Part shown: positions 26,682 through 35,750 of the stretch, piece by piece
Layout of the letters: each line of letters starts with the position of its first letter
How positions within the stretch are numbered: position 1 is the first letter of the stretch
NCBI GenBank assembly: GCA_963845085.1
Contig: CAWJQI010000005.1
Span: forward strand, 448,502-512,501
Reading direction: 5' to 3'
DNA length: 64,000 nucleotides
Source: Candidatus Fermentibacterota bacterium
GTDB taxonomy: Bacteria; Fermentibacterota; Fermentibacteria; Fermentibacterales; JCC-6
Translations under genes and position numbers: made by a program
Notes under the pieces: model-generated
Databases searched by the model: none
Seen by the model: the letters and a program-made list of their open reading frames with translations, nothing else
What the model was told of the DNA's origin: nothing

Positions 26682-27839
26682 TTGGCAGGCAAATGCCCAC
26701 ATTGCACCTTCAGATACGAAGGTGATCCACAGAAATGCCCGAGTTGCGGAAGGGAACTTCGAGGGTTCGATCCATCAAGGTGCCAGTTCTGCGGATCGAG
26801 GGTCAACCCGGCCAGGGATTCGTGCCAGAACTGCGGCGCCCCCTTCGAGCATTTTGAACAGGTTCCGGACCAGTCCGAACCCATCGAACCGGTTATCATC
26901 TCGCAAACCACAACAACGACCACGATGACGCAAAACTCCGGCAGCGCCCGGGCGCTGAAGGTGGGATGCGTCGTTCTTGCCGTTCTCATCCTCGGAATAG
27001 CGGGGATCATCGCGATGTTTGCACTGAAGGATTCCGGGGTTTCCGTCGACCCCGAGACCGGAGTGGTTTCCGCGAAGCAGGACGGGGGCGACGCGATCAC
27101 CGACGCCATGATTCCCGACTCGATTTACCGGGGTGTGATCGTGGAGGATCGCAACACTGTTGAGAGCATCTGGTCAAGAGTTCTGACCGACCTTCCCGAC
27201 AGCTGCTACTATCCCGAACCTTACGACCCCTGCGCCGCATTCAGGTTCACAGTGGAAGGGCGCAGGATTCTCGCCAAGGTCGAGGCTTCGGCGCCCATAG
27301 ACCTTGTGATCACCCTTCTCAGGGAGGAGAACGGGGTCCTCTCCTACGTCGGCTGGAACGAGGACGGAATATCGGGCAACCAGGATCCGATGCTGATCGC
27401 GCCCCTCGACGGCGGAACGTACATCGCGCTTGTAACGAACTACGGTGGCTATGAGTACGGAGACGTGCGCTTCATCTGGTCGGTCGTCATGCCCGAGATC
27501 CCTTTAGTGACAAGCGATTCGACCTTTTTCATCACACAGTCCGACGCCGCGCCGATCGCCTACTTTGAGCTCGATATCGAAAGGGGCCGAACCTACTCGA
27601 TCCGGACCGAAGCCCGCACGCAGAACATGGATTCCTACATAGAACTCCGGACAGAGGGCGGTTCAATTCTCAGCGACGACGACAGTGGACGCAACGACTT
27701 CTGCTGGGGGGACGCCCGCCTTTCGTTCACAGCTAGCCCTCTTCAGGAGGGAAGGGCCACGGTGATCGTAAGACCGCTCACCATGTACAGCCCGACATAC
27801 GGCGACCTCGACGTGGTCTTCACGCTGTCGGCACCGTAA
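26682..27839 (+). CDS. Zinc-ribbon / single-TM / extracytoplasmic PPC-like-domain protein
   Basis: TTG start at 26682 with GGGAGGG 4 nt upstream, giving (M)AGKCPHCTF...CPSCG...CQFCG...CQNCG. A Thr-rich linker is followed by the TM segment VGCVVLAVLILGIAGIIAMFAL. Two beta-rich modules follow, the second with DSYIELRTEGGSILSDDDSG (pre-peptidase C-terminal-like). Confidence 0.6.
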   Translation: MAGKCPHCTFRYEGDPQKCPSCGRELRGFDPSRCQFCGSRVNPARDSCQNCGAPFEHFEQVPDQSEPIEPVIISQTTTTTTMTQNSGSARALKVGCVVLAVLILGIAGIIAMFALKDSGVSVDPETGVVSAKQDGGDAITDAMIPDSIYRGVIVEDRNTVESIWSRVLTDLPDSCYYPEPYDPCAAFRFTVEGRRILAKVEASAPIDLVITLLREENGVLSYVGWNEDGISGNQDPMLIAPLDGGTYIALVTNYGGYEYGDVRFIWSVVMPEIPLVTSDSTFFITQSDAAPIAYFELDIERGRTYSIRTEARTQNMDSYIELRTEGGSILSDDDSGRNDFCWGDARLSFTASPLQEGRATVIVRPLTMYSPTYGDLDVVFTLSAP

Positions 27840-27862
27840 CCCGCAGAAACACCCGCTTTCAG

Positions 27863-27883
27863 CCGGCCCCCTCCCGGGGCCGG
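27863..27883. terminator. Hairpin between convergent genes
   Basis: CCGGCCCC-CTCCC-GGGGCCGG forms a perfect 8-bp GC stem, followed by TTC. Confidence 0.5.
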
Positions 27884-27890
27884 TTCTGCA

Positions 27891-28427
27891 TCAGTCCGCC
27901 CTGAAGCGCCAGGGAAGTTCTACAGCCCTGCTTATCCCGACCCTTGGTAAACTCCTCGAACGGGACGGCACATGCCCCTGCGGAACCACGAGCAGGAGGG
28001 GAGGAATGGCGAGATCATGCCCGTCGAGCGTCATGTCAATCGCAAGGGCGGCACATACGTTCCCCGGCCCTTCCGCGAGCCTGGCATCGGGTACCCCGCC
28101 CCTGTTCATACGCATAAGCGTAATTCCACAGACCGGTCTGAGGGCCCGTATAAGAACCGCCTCACCCGTCCCCTCCGGGCCGGAGGTGATGTTCAGGCAG
28201 TGATGGATGCCGTACGAGAGGTAGACGTAGGCGTGGAACGGGGGCAGAAACATCGAGGCATTCCTTGCGGTCCTGCCGTGGAAGGAATGGCTGGCAGGGT
28301 CATCGCGGGTGTAGGCTTCGGTCTCGATTATGACGCCTTCGATTGCGCCCCCGGGGGTATCCCTTCTGAGAATGCAGCCCAGGAGGGCGGGTGCGAGGGA
28401 AAGCGTTTCAGGGGGAAGGTTCATCAT
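27891..28427 (-). CDS. mpg: DNA-3-methyladenine glycosylase (Mpg/AAG family)
   Basis: IIETEAYTRDDPASHSFHGRTARNASMF..HAYVYLSYGIHHCLN...GEAVLIRAL is the family signature. Confidence 0.8.
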   Translation of the reverse strand: MMNLPPETLSLAPALLGCILRRDTPGGAIEGVIIETEAYTRDDPASHSFHGRTARNASMFLPPFHAYVYLSYGIHHCLNITSGPEGTGEAVLIRALRPVCGITLMRMNRGGVPDARLAEGPGNVCAALAIDMTLDGHDLAIPPLLLVVPQGHVPSRSRSLPRVGISRAVELPWRFRAD

Positions 28428-29121
28428 CCCGTCCGGCGGGGGTCCTGAAGGGCGACGCCGTCAGGGCGGGATTGATCAGCTTCACCCAGGTGATCCTCCA
28501 GAGAACGGCGAGGAAGACCAGGAAAACCAGTCCTCCAAGCAGCTCATTGCCAGCAAACCAGTTGAAGGCTCCGTGGAACACCATCGAGGCAATGAGGCCG
28601 CCTCCCACCATGAGAATCTGGGAAAGGGGCTTCCTCCCCTTGGAATAGCCGAGGGCGGCGCCCCACCATGCGCTGAAAAGGGCATGGCCGGGAACGCTGA
28701 GAACCGTTCGCGAGAGCAGGGTGACCATGCCGGCCATCGGATTGACCTCGAACCAGCCCCCTGCGACATAGATGATGTTCTCAACCGCGGCGAAGCCCAG
28801 CGCCGCCGAAACCGCATATATGATGCCGTCGAAGGGCTCGTTGAACTGGCTGCTGTTGTATACCGTCCATCTGACGGCGAGGAACTTGGCCGGCTCCTCC
28901 ACGAGAGGTGCGAAGAACACCGCAGCCCACATGTAGGGCCCCCAGGGGTAGTCGATGCCGGAATAAACCGCGCCCATCGCGAGAGCCACCAGCATCCCGA
29001 CGAAAAAGGTCCGGATCACAAGCCTCACCGGCTCGGGCTCGAAACGGTCGCACCTGTAGAAGTATGCAAGCCATGCAATTCCCGGGATCAGCGCGGCAAG
29101 TGATACAACGAAGTACTTCAT
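28408..29121 (-). CDS. prsW: PrsW-family intramembrane metalloprotease
   Basis: YRCDRFEPEP, EEPAKFLAV, GFAAVENIIY and VPGHALFSAWWGAALG motifs, with multiple TM segments. Overlaps mpg by 20 nt. Confidence 0.75.
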   Translation of the reverse strand: MKYFVVSLAALIPGIAWLAYFYRCDRFEPEPVRLVIRTFFVGMLVALAMGAVYSGIDYPWGPYMWAAVFFAPLVEEPAKFLAVRWTVYNSSQFNEPFDGIIYAVSAALGFAAVENIIYVAGGWFEVNPMAGMVTLLSRTVLSVPGHALFSAWWGAALGYSKGRKPLSQILMVGGGLIASMVFHGAFNWFAGNELLGGLVFLVFLAVLWRITWVKLINPALTASPFRTPAGRDDEPSP

Positions 29122-30938
29122 CAGAGCAGGGAACCCACGAACCGGCCGAACGCCGCCGGGTCTTCCGGGCGCAGCCCGCTTGTCACCCTTGCAAGTTCAA
29201 GCACCGCGTTGACCAGTTCATGAATGTCCTCGCCCGACCGCAGCCTGGCATCGAGGCTCGTCGTCATGGGATGAGAGGGATTCAGTTCGAGAACACGCTT
29301 CGGCTCGGTAAAATCCCTGTTCATCGCTTTCATAAGCATCCGGAACGAATCGCCGGGATCGTCTGCACCCGCCACGAGCACGCAGGGGGTCGCGGTAAGC
29401 CTGGGTGAGAAGCGGACTCCCGCCACCCTGTCACCCAGTATCTCCCTGAATGCACTGATGAGCTCGGAATACTTCTTCTCCGCCTCGGCCCGTTTGTCGC
29501 GGTCCTCCTGCGACAGGTCCCTCTCAGCGCTCTCCGTTGCGAGATTGACGAGGGGGCGCCCCTTGAACTCACGCAGTGATTCCATGACAAGACCGTCGAG
29601 CGGGGCATCGAGCAGGAGGGTCTCCCCCGTCCTCGATTCAAGCATCGGTGAATTCTTCAGTTCCTGCATGTCGGCCCCCGCGACGTACGGGATCGGGGAT
29701 TTCTCGGGAAGCCTGTCCGCTACAACGGCAAACGATTCAGGTGCTTCGGTGCCGGTGGTGTTGACAAGAAGCAGTTCGGCCAGCTCGGTTTGACGCTCCG
29801 TGCGAGTGCATATGCCCTCCCTGATGAAATCGCCCATGCCCGCAAAGAACTTCCGGTACGAATCCGGATCCTCCCGCATGATCTCTGCAAGCCTGGCCAT
29901 GATCTTCTTCGTCAGGGCCTTGTTTATCCTTTCGAGCTCCCTGTCGTGCTGAACGGTCTCGCGGGAGATGTTCAGGCTGAGCCCCTCGGCCTCAACGACT
30001 CCCCTGACGAAGCGGAGGAAAGGCGGGAGAAGGTCGTCGGCCTTCTTCTGGATGAGGACCCTCCTGACGAACAGGCTCACCCCGGGCCTGCTGTCGGGCA
30101 TCATCATCTCGAACGGCCTCTCAAGGGGGATGAACAGAAGCGCCCTGAACTCGGTCACACCCTCCCCGCGAAAAACGATCCTCGCCAGAGGCTTCTCATC
30201 GTCACCGGTGAGATGGGTGTAAAAACGGTTGTATTCGTCATCATTTACATCGTCCTCGCTGCGAAGCCAGATCGGGGTGCCGGTGTTCACACGGTCGTCC
30301 TTCCCGTCCTTCGTGTGAAGAAGAACGGGATGGCTCACGAAATCACTGTAATCCGTGACGAGCGAGCGGAGGCGCCATGCATCGAGGTATTCCCTGTGCT
30401 CATCCTTGAGGTGAAGCACGACGGAGGTTCCATGAGGGAGGCCTTCCTCTTCGGCTATGGTATAGGTTTCCCCGCCGTCGCTCTCCCAGCGCCAGCCCGT
30501 AGATTCCCCGGCCTTCCTGGTCTTCACGGTAACCGTGTCGGCCACCATGAAGGCGCTGTAGAATCCGACGCCGAACTTCCCGATCAGCTCGGGGGCGTCT
30601 GCGCTCGATGCGGCCTCGGAAGCAAACTTCAGCGTGCCAGAGGACGCTATCACTCCGAGGTTGTTCGTAAGGTCGTCACGGTTCATGCCGATACCGTTGT
30701 CGGACACGGTGAGGGTTCCGGCGTTTTCATCCGGTATCACGCGGATTTCCGGGCTGAAGCCGCCCGGTACCAGATCCTCCCTCGTGAGCGCCTCGAACCG
30801 GAGCCTGTCGAGTGCGTCGGAGCCGTTGGAGATCAGCTCCCGGAGGAAAATCTCCCTGTGGGAGTAAAGGCTGTGAATAACGATATCCAGAACCCTGCGG
30901 GTCTCAGCCTTGAACTTCAAACGGCTTGGGCTGTGCAT
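29121..30938 (-). CDS. htpG: Molecular chaperone HtpG (Hsp90)
   Basis: FKAETRRVLDIVIHSLYSHREIFLRELISNGSDALDRLRF, DNGIGM and GKFGVGFYSAFMVAD. Confidence 0.9.
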   Translation of the reverse strand: MHSPSRLKFKAETRRVLDIVIHSLYSHREIFLRELISNGSDALDRLRFEALTREDLVPGGFSPEIRVIPDENAGTLTVSDNGIGMNRDDLTNNLGVIASSGTLKFASEAASSADAPELIGKFGVGFYSAFMVADTVTVKTRKAGESTGWRWESDGGETYTIAEEEGLPHGTSVVLHLKDEHREYLDAWRLRSLVTDYSDFVSHPVLLHTKDGKDDRVNTGTPIWLRSEDDVNDDEYNRFYTHLTGDDEKPLARIVFRGEGVTEFRALLFIPLERPFEMMMPDSRPGVSLFVRRVLIQKKADDLLPPFLRFVRGVVEAEGLSLNISRETVQHDRELERINKALTKKIMARLAEIMREDPDSYRKFFAGMGDFIREGICTRTERQTELAELLLVNTTGTEAPESFAVVADRLPEKSPIPYVAGADMQELKNSPMLESRTGETLLLDAPLDGLVMESLREFKGRPLVNLATESAERDLSQEDRDKRAEAEKKYSELISAFREILGDRVAGVRFSPRLTATPCVLVAGADDPGDSFRMLMKAMNRDFTEPKRVLELNPSHPMTTSLDARLRSGEDIHELVNAVLELARVTSGLRPEDPAAFGRFVGSLL

Positions 30939-30939
30939 G

Positions 30940-31851
30940 CTATCTCACTCCGCCTTCCAGGAAAGGCACCTGGAACACCTTTTCGTGACATACCGGGCCG
31001 TGGCCGAAAAAGCCCCCCTCTCCGAAGAGCTCGCCGTGGTCGGAGGTGACGGTTATCCAGGTGTTCTTTGGAACAATGTCGAACAGGTGCTCAAAAACCT
31101 TGTCAAGCCACTTCACCGCGTTCACCTGACGCGCCCTGAGGGCCTTCATCTGGCCTTCGTCGAAGAATGCGTCTTCCTCCCCGTCTGCCCCCCCTTCGAG
31201 GGTGTGGTCGTCGAGGTGCTTGAAGACCCCGTGAACGCCGCTTATCCTGGGCCACTCGTTCTCAGGCTCGTCCGGCGTCGCATACGGGTAGTGGGTTTCA
31301 CCGGTGTTCAGCATGTAGAAACTTGGCCTGTCGGATGGAAATGTCATCAGGGAAAGCATTGCGTCGAGGTCGTTGTGCTTTTCCATAAGCCGGAACGTGT
31401 CGAAGCCGCTGTTCAGGGGTGTGAAGGAGTTCAGAACGGGAAGGGAGACCATGGCGTGCGTCCGGTATCCAAGAGTGTCGCGCAGATAATCGGGCAGGTA
31501 GAGCTTGGGGACAAGGCTCTTGAATTCGATCTCCCGCGCTCCAAGCCGCTGGTTGAACTTGACGAAATCCTTCTTGTAGTACTCGCTTGCGAAAACCCCG
31601 GGAGGGTTGGTGTGGGGCATGAGTCCCATCAGCATGTTGTAATGCGAAGGCGCGGTCCAGGAGGCGTAGCTGTACCGCAGGCAGGGGTCGGAAAGCCGGA
31701 TGATGTTCCGGGGGGAAGCCTCCATGAATGTGTCGAATCTGCAGCTGTCAAGCACAACGATGATGAAATTGCCAAGGTTGTCGAACGGCGGGGCCGGTCT
31801 CTGATGGACAGTTTCAGCGGTGACCGAAGCTTTTCTTCTGAACAGGGACAA
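30940..31851 (-). CDS. Alkaline-phosphatase-superfamily metalloenzyme (nucleotide pyrophosphatase/phosphodiesterase-like)
   Basis: IIVVLDSCRFD, YASWTAPSHYNMLMGLMPH (Thr nucleophile context) and TSDHGELFGEGGFFGHG. Confidence 0.55.
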   Translation of the reverse strand: MSLFRRKASVTAETVHQRPAPPFDNLGNFIIVVLDSCRFDTFMEASPRNIIRLSDPCLRYSYASWTAPSHYNMLMGLMPHTNPPGVFASEYYKKDFVKFNQRLGAREIEFKSLVPKLYLPDYLRDTLGYRTHAMVSLPVLNSFTPLNSGFDTFRLMEKHNDLDAMLSLMTFPSDRPSFYMLNTGETHYPYATPDEPENEWPRISGVHGVFKHLDDHTLEGGADGEEDAFFDEGQMKALRARQVNAVKWLDKVFEHLFDIVPKNTWITVTSDHGELFGEGGFFGHGPVCHEKVFQVPFLEGGVR

Positions 31852-31854
31852 GGG

Positions 31855-32478
31855 TCACCTCCTGGGAAGAAGAGCGCTCGTGATGTCGCCCCTGGCTGTC
31901 TCGCTCCAGATCTCGCCCAGGATGTTGAGCTGTTTGACCATCTCGGGGATTCCAACGCCGTCCATCGGTCTTTGCAGCCTGTAGTTCCGGTGAAGCAGAA
32001 CGGTTGTGCCCCGGTCGCCGAACAGGGTTACATCGATGTCGATAACCGCTGTCCAGAGGCCGTCGGCACCCCTCGTCGCCCCGAACTCCCTCACAAAACC
32101 CTCGACCAGCAACTGGTCCTGAATGCTCGTGGCGTATGTAAAAACGGAAGAGAAGACCCCCGAGACGCTGAAATCCCGGGCGAGCATTTCCGAAACGACC
32201 AGTGGAAGCCTGGCGGCCCATTTGTCACCCGCAGCCTCGGAAAGCGTGCCGTCTTCGTACCTCAGGGTCATTGAGGAAAGGGAGTAGTCCGAGGAGGCGC
32301 CGAACTCCTTCACGCGGAGCGAGCCTCCGAGCAGGGGGCCAGTGGAATCCGGCTCCGGCCAGCTGAGATACCACCGGGTGACGGGCTCACCGTCGCTGCC
32401 GCCGATGGGCACGTTCACGGTTATGCATGATGCACAAAGCAGGAGCGCCGGAGCGAAAAACTGCCCGAGACGATTCAT
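31855..32478 (-). CDS. ABC-transport auxiliary lipoprotein (DUF330/YmbA-like) of the Mla/Mce operon
   Basis: MNRLGQFFAPALLLCASC is a lipobox. The gene sits immediately downstream of mlaD, and its size of about 200 aa fits the family. Confidence 0.5.
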   Translation of the reverse strand: MNRLGQFFAPALLLCASCITVNVPIGGSDGEPVTRWYLSWPEPDSTGPLLGGSLRVKEFGASSDYSLSSMTLRYEDGTLSEAAGDKWAARLPLVVSEMLARDFSVSGVFSSVFTYATSIQDQLLVEGFVREFGATRGADGLWTAVIDIDVTLFGDRGTTVLLHRNYRLQRPMDGVGIPEMVKQLNILGEIWSETARGDITSALLPRR

Positions 32479-32480
32479 GA

Positions 32481-33353
32481 CTACCACGATACCTCTCTTC
32501 CAGGGGATGAGACCATTCCGTTAAGCCCTTCCCTCAAAATCGGCAGCAACTCCCTTGCCTCAACGGCGAATTCGCCCACCGGTTCGAGCGTGGTCTCCGC
32601 GTTGAGGGTGAATACTCTCAGAACTTCGGTGAACTCGTCGAGGCTTTCAATAAGATGGTCCGCATTGGATGAAAGACCGGGAAGCTCCCGGCGAACCTCG
32701 GTGAGCAGAAGGTCAGCGTCTCTGCCGAGCCTCGTGTATGTGACCAGAAGAGTGTCGAGGTTCCGGGAGTTCGATACCAGGCGCTCCATGAGGATCTCGA
32801 CCTCGGCTGCATCCATCAGTCTGTTGATGTTCACGAGCATTCGGGTCAGCTCTTCGTTCAGTACCTCGACATCCATTATGTCCATGATCTCGACCATCCG
32901 GTCCGCACCGTGTTCGAGCTTCTGCATCAATCCCGGAGCAACAGGAATGACGTCGGCAGGAGGCGTGAACGGCAGGTCAGCCCGCCTGTAAAGCTGCGGT
33001 TCACCCTCGGGGATCCGGCTCAGGTCGATTTTCTGGCTGCCGGTGATGCCCGAAGCCACAAGACTGGCGGTGATCTCGGAGTCAACGGCAAATGTAGGGT
33101 CGACCTCCATGAGGACCTGTACCAGTCTGCCGTCGGGAGCGATCGAGATCGATCTCACGCTGCCCACCAGCACGCCGTTGTACATCACCTCGCCTCCGGG
33201 GCTGAGGCCGCTGACCGACCAGTCGAAATAGCTCACATACTGAACCGTCTTCTTGCCGCTGAATCCGCCCGTCAGCCAGATCATGACGGCGAGAAAGAAG
33301 GTCATGGTGACAACAAAAAAGATTCCCAGCCGAAGCCTGTTGGCCTTCATCAT
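32481..33353 (-). CDS. mlaD: MlaD/Mce-domain substrate-binding protein
   Basis: N-terminal TM segment LGIFFVVTMTFFLAVMIWL, then the Mce domain YFDWSVSGLSPGGEVMYNGVLVGSVRSI, with a C-terminal helical region. Confidence 0.75.
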   Translation of the reverse strand: MMKANRLRLGIFFVVTMTFFLAVMIWLTGGFSGKKTVQYVSYFDWSVSGLSPGGEVMYNGVLVGSVRSISIAPDGRLVQVLMEVDPTFAVDSEITASLVASGITGSQKIDLSRIPEGEPQLYRRADLPFTPPADVIPVAPGLMQKLEHGADRMVEIMDIMDVEVLNEELTRMLVNINRLMDAAEVEILMERLVSNSRNLDTLLVTYTRLGRDADLLLTEVRRELPGLSSNADHLIESLDEFTEVLRVFTLNAETTLEPVGEFAVEARELLPILREGLNGMVSSPGREVSW

Positions 33354-34117
33354 GATCTGTTACGCACGGCCTTTCTGTCGAAAAAGGCTTCCACCCGGGG
33401 ATCGTTGTGGTGCACGGCCAGCTCCTCGGGGCTTCCCATCGCGATGATTCCCTTCTCTTCGCTGTCCAGCATGATCACCCTGTCGCTGATGGCGAAAATG
33501 CTGTCAAGTTCATGTGTGACGACAACAAGGGTCGTACCCAGATTCCTGTTGATGGAAAGCATCAGTTCATCCAGGGCATGTGAAGTGACCGGATCAAGGC
33601 CTGCGGAAGGCTCGTCGAAAAACAGCACCTCTGGATCAAGGGCCATAGCCCTGGCCAGACCCGCCCTTTTCTGCATGCCTCCGGAGAGCTCAAGGGGATA
33701 ATAATGCGCAAAATCCGCGAGGCCAACCATGTCCAGCTTGTGAAGGGCGGCGATCCTTCTCTCGTCCGCCGTGAGCGGTGTGAATTCCTGCAATGGAAGC
33801 ATAACGTTCTCAATGGTCGTATAGCTCCCGAGAAGCGCTCCGGACTGGAACAGAACCCCCCATTTCTTTCTCGCCCTGTCCAGCCGTTCCGGCGACTCCC
33901 AGATGTCCGCACCCCTGTACTCGACAACGCCGCTCCACGGTTTCAACAATCCGAGGAGATGGTTCATGAGGGTGCTCTTGCCGCACCCGGAGCGGCCGAC
34001 AATTACAAGGACCTCACTGCATCTTACCTCCATGCTCACATTGTCAAGCACAAGGTCGTCGTCATACCCCCCCGTGAGGTTTCGAGTGCCCATCAGAATG
34101 CTTTTTGCGTCAGCCAT
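33350..34117 (-). CDS. mlaF: ABC transporter ATP-binding protein (MlaF-like)
   Basis: GRSGCGKST (Walker A), LSGGMQKRAGLARA (signature) and LFFDEPSAGLDP (Walker B). ATGA overlap with mlaD. Confidence 0.85.
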   Translation of the reverse strand: MADAKSILMGTRNLTGGYDDDLVLDNVSMEVRCSEVLVIVGRSGCGKSTLMNHLLGLLKPWSGVVEYRGADIWESPERLDRARKKWGVLFQSGALLGSYTTIENVMLPLQEFTPLTADERRIAALHKLDMVGLADFAHYYPLELSGGMQKRAGLARAMALDPEVLFFDEPSAGLDPVTSHALDELMLSINRNLGTTLVVVTHELDSIFAISDRVIMLDSEEKGIIAMGSPEELAVHHNDPRVEAFFDRKAVRNRS

Positions 34118-35322
34118 CAGATTATCGGCGGCCTGAGCTCGGCCAGTACGAGTGAGAGAAGGGCGTCGGCAAGGATGACCTGGAAAATGCCACTCACAAC
34201 GGCGCTCGTAGTTGCGCGTCCCACTGCTGCGGCGCCGCCGCGGACCCTGATGCCCATGAAGCAGCCCGTTATGGCAATTATGCCGGAATAGAAAATGCTC
34301 TTGATCATCCCCCAGTACACGTCGAGCGGGATGAGCGCGCCGCGGATCTCCTCAACAAAAACCCTCGCGGGGATGTCGAGGAATATCTCACCGGCCAGCA
34401 GGGCCCCGAACAGACCGCTGAAATTGGACAGAAGCACAAGGAACGGCATTACTGCGTAAAGGGCCAGAACCTTGGGAGCCACGATGTAGCCGCAGAGGTT
34501 GAATCCCATGACCTCAAGGGCGTCGACCTCCTGTCTGACCTTCATGGTGCCGATCTCCGCAGCAAAGGCCGAGCCCGACCTTCCGGCCACAAGAACCGCC
34601 GTAAGCATCGGGCCGATCTCCCAGAATATCGAGTAGGCGAGTATCCGGGGCATGTATTTTGCCGCTCCCAGAGTCCCCATCTGTATTCCTGCCTGGTATC
34701 CCAGTATGAACCCGAGGAGCACCTGAAGGGTGACAATGATGGGGATCGCCATCACTCCGGCCTGCTCCATGTAATAGGCCACCAGTCCCCATCTTATCCT
34801 GTGGGGTTTTATAACCGCCTCGATGATCGAGAAAGACGAGTTGACCGAAAAGTTCACCAGCCCCCTCGCGCTGTCGATCCCGGCGGAAACCTTGTCACCG
34901 ATGTCGGAGAAGTGCCTGTATATCCACCCCTGCTTCGTTTCGGGAATACCGCGCCGGTCAAGGGCCGTGTAGTCTGCAAGCAGCGCTGCAAGCGCGGGCG
35001 CCAGACCGTCGACCCTGACGGTCACCCCCCTGCCCTCGAGGGTGCGAATGCAGTTCCATATCCTTGCAGCGACGACCCCGTCGAAACCGCCGCAGTCCCT
35101 GAAGTCGAAAACAACTGTTCCGGCCGAGGCATCAAGCCCGGAACACACCCTGGCCGCTTCCTTCAGATGGCCGGTGGTGATCACACCAGAAAACACGACC
35201 TCTGAAGCACTCCGTGCGATGATGCCGGAATCCGAACGAGTTCTGGACACCCCTGCTCTTTCCGTTGGCGACCCGGTGACAATGCCGCCGCAATGCCCTA
35301 TACTGTATATAAGTTTATGCAA
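34117..35322 (-). CDS. mlaE: MlaE-family ABC permease with an N-terminal STAS/MlaB-like extension
   Basis: The C-terminal roughly 260 aa carries the MlaE motifs (EIGPMLTAVLVAGRSGSAFAAEIGTMKVRQEVDAL). The N-terminal roughly 130 aa (VVFDFRDCGGFDGVVAARIWNCIRTLEGRGVTVRVDGL) looks STAS-like. The start is uncertain; 35322 is a TTG. Confidence 0.7.
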   Translation of the reverse strand: MHKLIYSIGHCGGIVTGSPTERAGVSRTRSDSGIIARSASEVVFSGVITTGHLKEAARVCSGLDASAGTVVFDFRDCGGFDGVVAARIWNCIRTLEGRGVTVRVDGLAPALAALLADYTALDRRGIPETKQGWIYRHFSDIGDKVSAGIDSARGLVNFSVNSSFSIIEAVIKPHRIRWGLVAYYMEQAGVMAIPIIVTLQVLLGFILGYQAGIQMGTLGAAKYMPRILAYSIFWEIGPMLTAVLVAGRSGSAFAAEIGTMKVRQEVDALEVMGFNLCGYIVAPKVLALYAVMPFLVLLSNFSGLFGALLAGEIFLDIPARVFVEEIRGALIPLDVYWGMIKSIFYSGIIAITGCFMGIRVRGGAAAVGRATTSAVVSGIFQVILADALLSLVLAELRPPII

Positions 35323-35346
35323 CCGTCAAACCGAGGGAGCGGCAAA

Positions 35347-35484
35347 ATGGGAATCCTTGTTTTCATCATTCTGAGATTCGGCTTTGGAATCAACAGTTAC
35401 GGTGACGGCCAGACCCTTGCAACCCTTGCCTCGCTCGACACGATTGCGCTGGTGCTGTTCCTCAATCTGAAGAAGAAGCGCTAG
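35347..35484 (+). CDS. Possible 45-aa small membrane protein
   Basis: ATG at 35347 preceded by GAGGGAG. The product MGILVFIILRFGFGINSYGDGQTLATLASLDTIALVLFLNLKKKR has two hydrophobic segments and a basic tail. A hairpin (AAGAAGC...GCTTCTT) plus T-run follows. There is no homology evidence. Confidence 0.25.
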   Translation: MGILVFIILRFGFGINSYGDGQTLATLASLDTIALVLFLNLKKKR

Positions 35485-35681
35485 ACCCCGCCCGGCTTCT
35501 TTTCGCTCGTTCGCCAGTTGCAGCCATGCAGCCGGGGGAACGGATGTAAGGCCCGTATCGGTCGTCATCCGGGATGAGTGGTTCAACCCATGCCAGTCTG
35601 CTCGTCAGCGCAATGAATGCCACCGGTGCTGTGGGACGATGGGTTAAACCTGGCATATTCATGGCTTCCCAATCGCTTACT

Positions 35682-35724
35682 TTTGTTTACGCAGCTTGTC
35701 CGTGATGATTGCATTTGTTTACGC
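35682..35724. repeat. Two exact 11-nt direct repeats TTTGTTTACGC, 32 nt apart, upstream of the HAD gene
   Basis: Copies at 35682..35692 and 35714..35724. The first overlaps TACTTTTG, which fits the Bacteroidota-type -7 element TAnnTTTG. Confidence 0.35.
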
Positions 35725-35750
35725 GGCATTCCAACGCGGTGGAGCCTTCA

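Noticed and set aside
29790-32274. + strand ORFs 29790..31049 and 30910..32274
   Set aside because: They are antisense to htpG, the phosphodiesterase-like gene and the Mla lipoprotein gene, all of which have strong family motifs on the minus strand.
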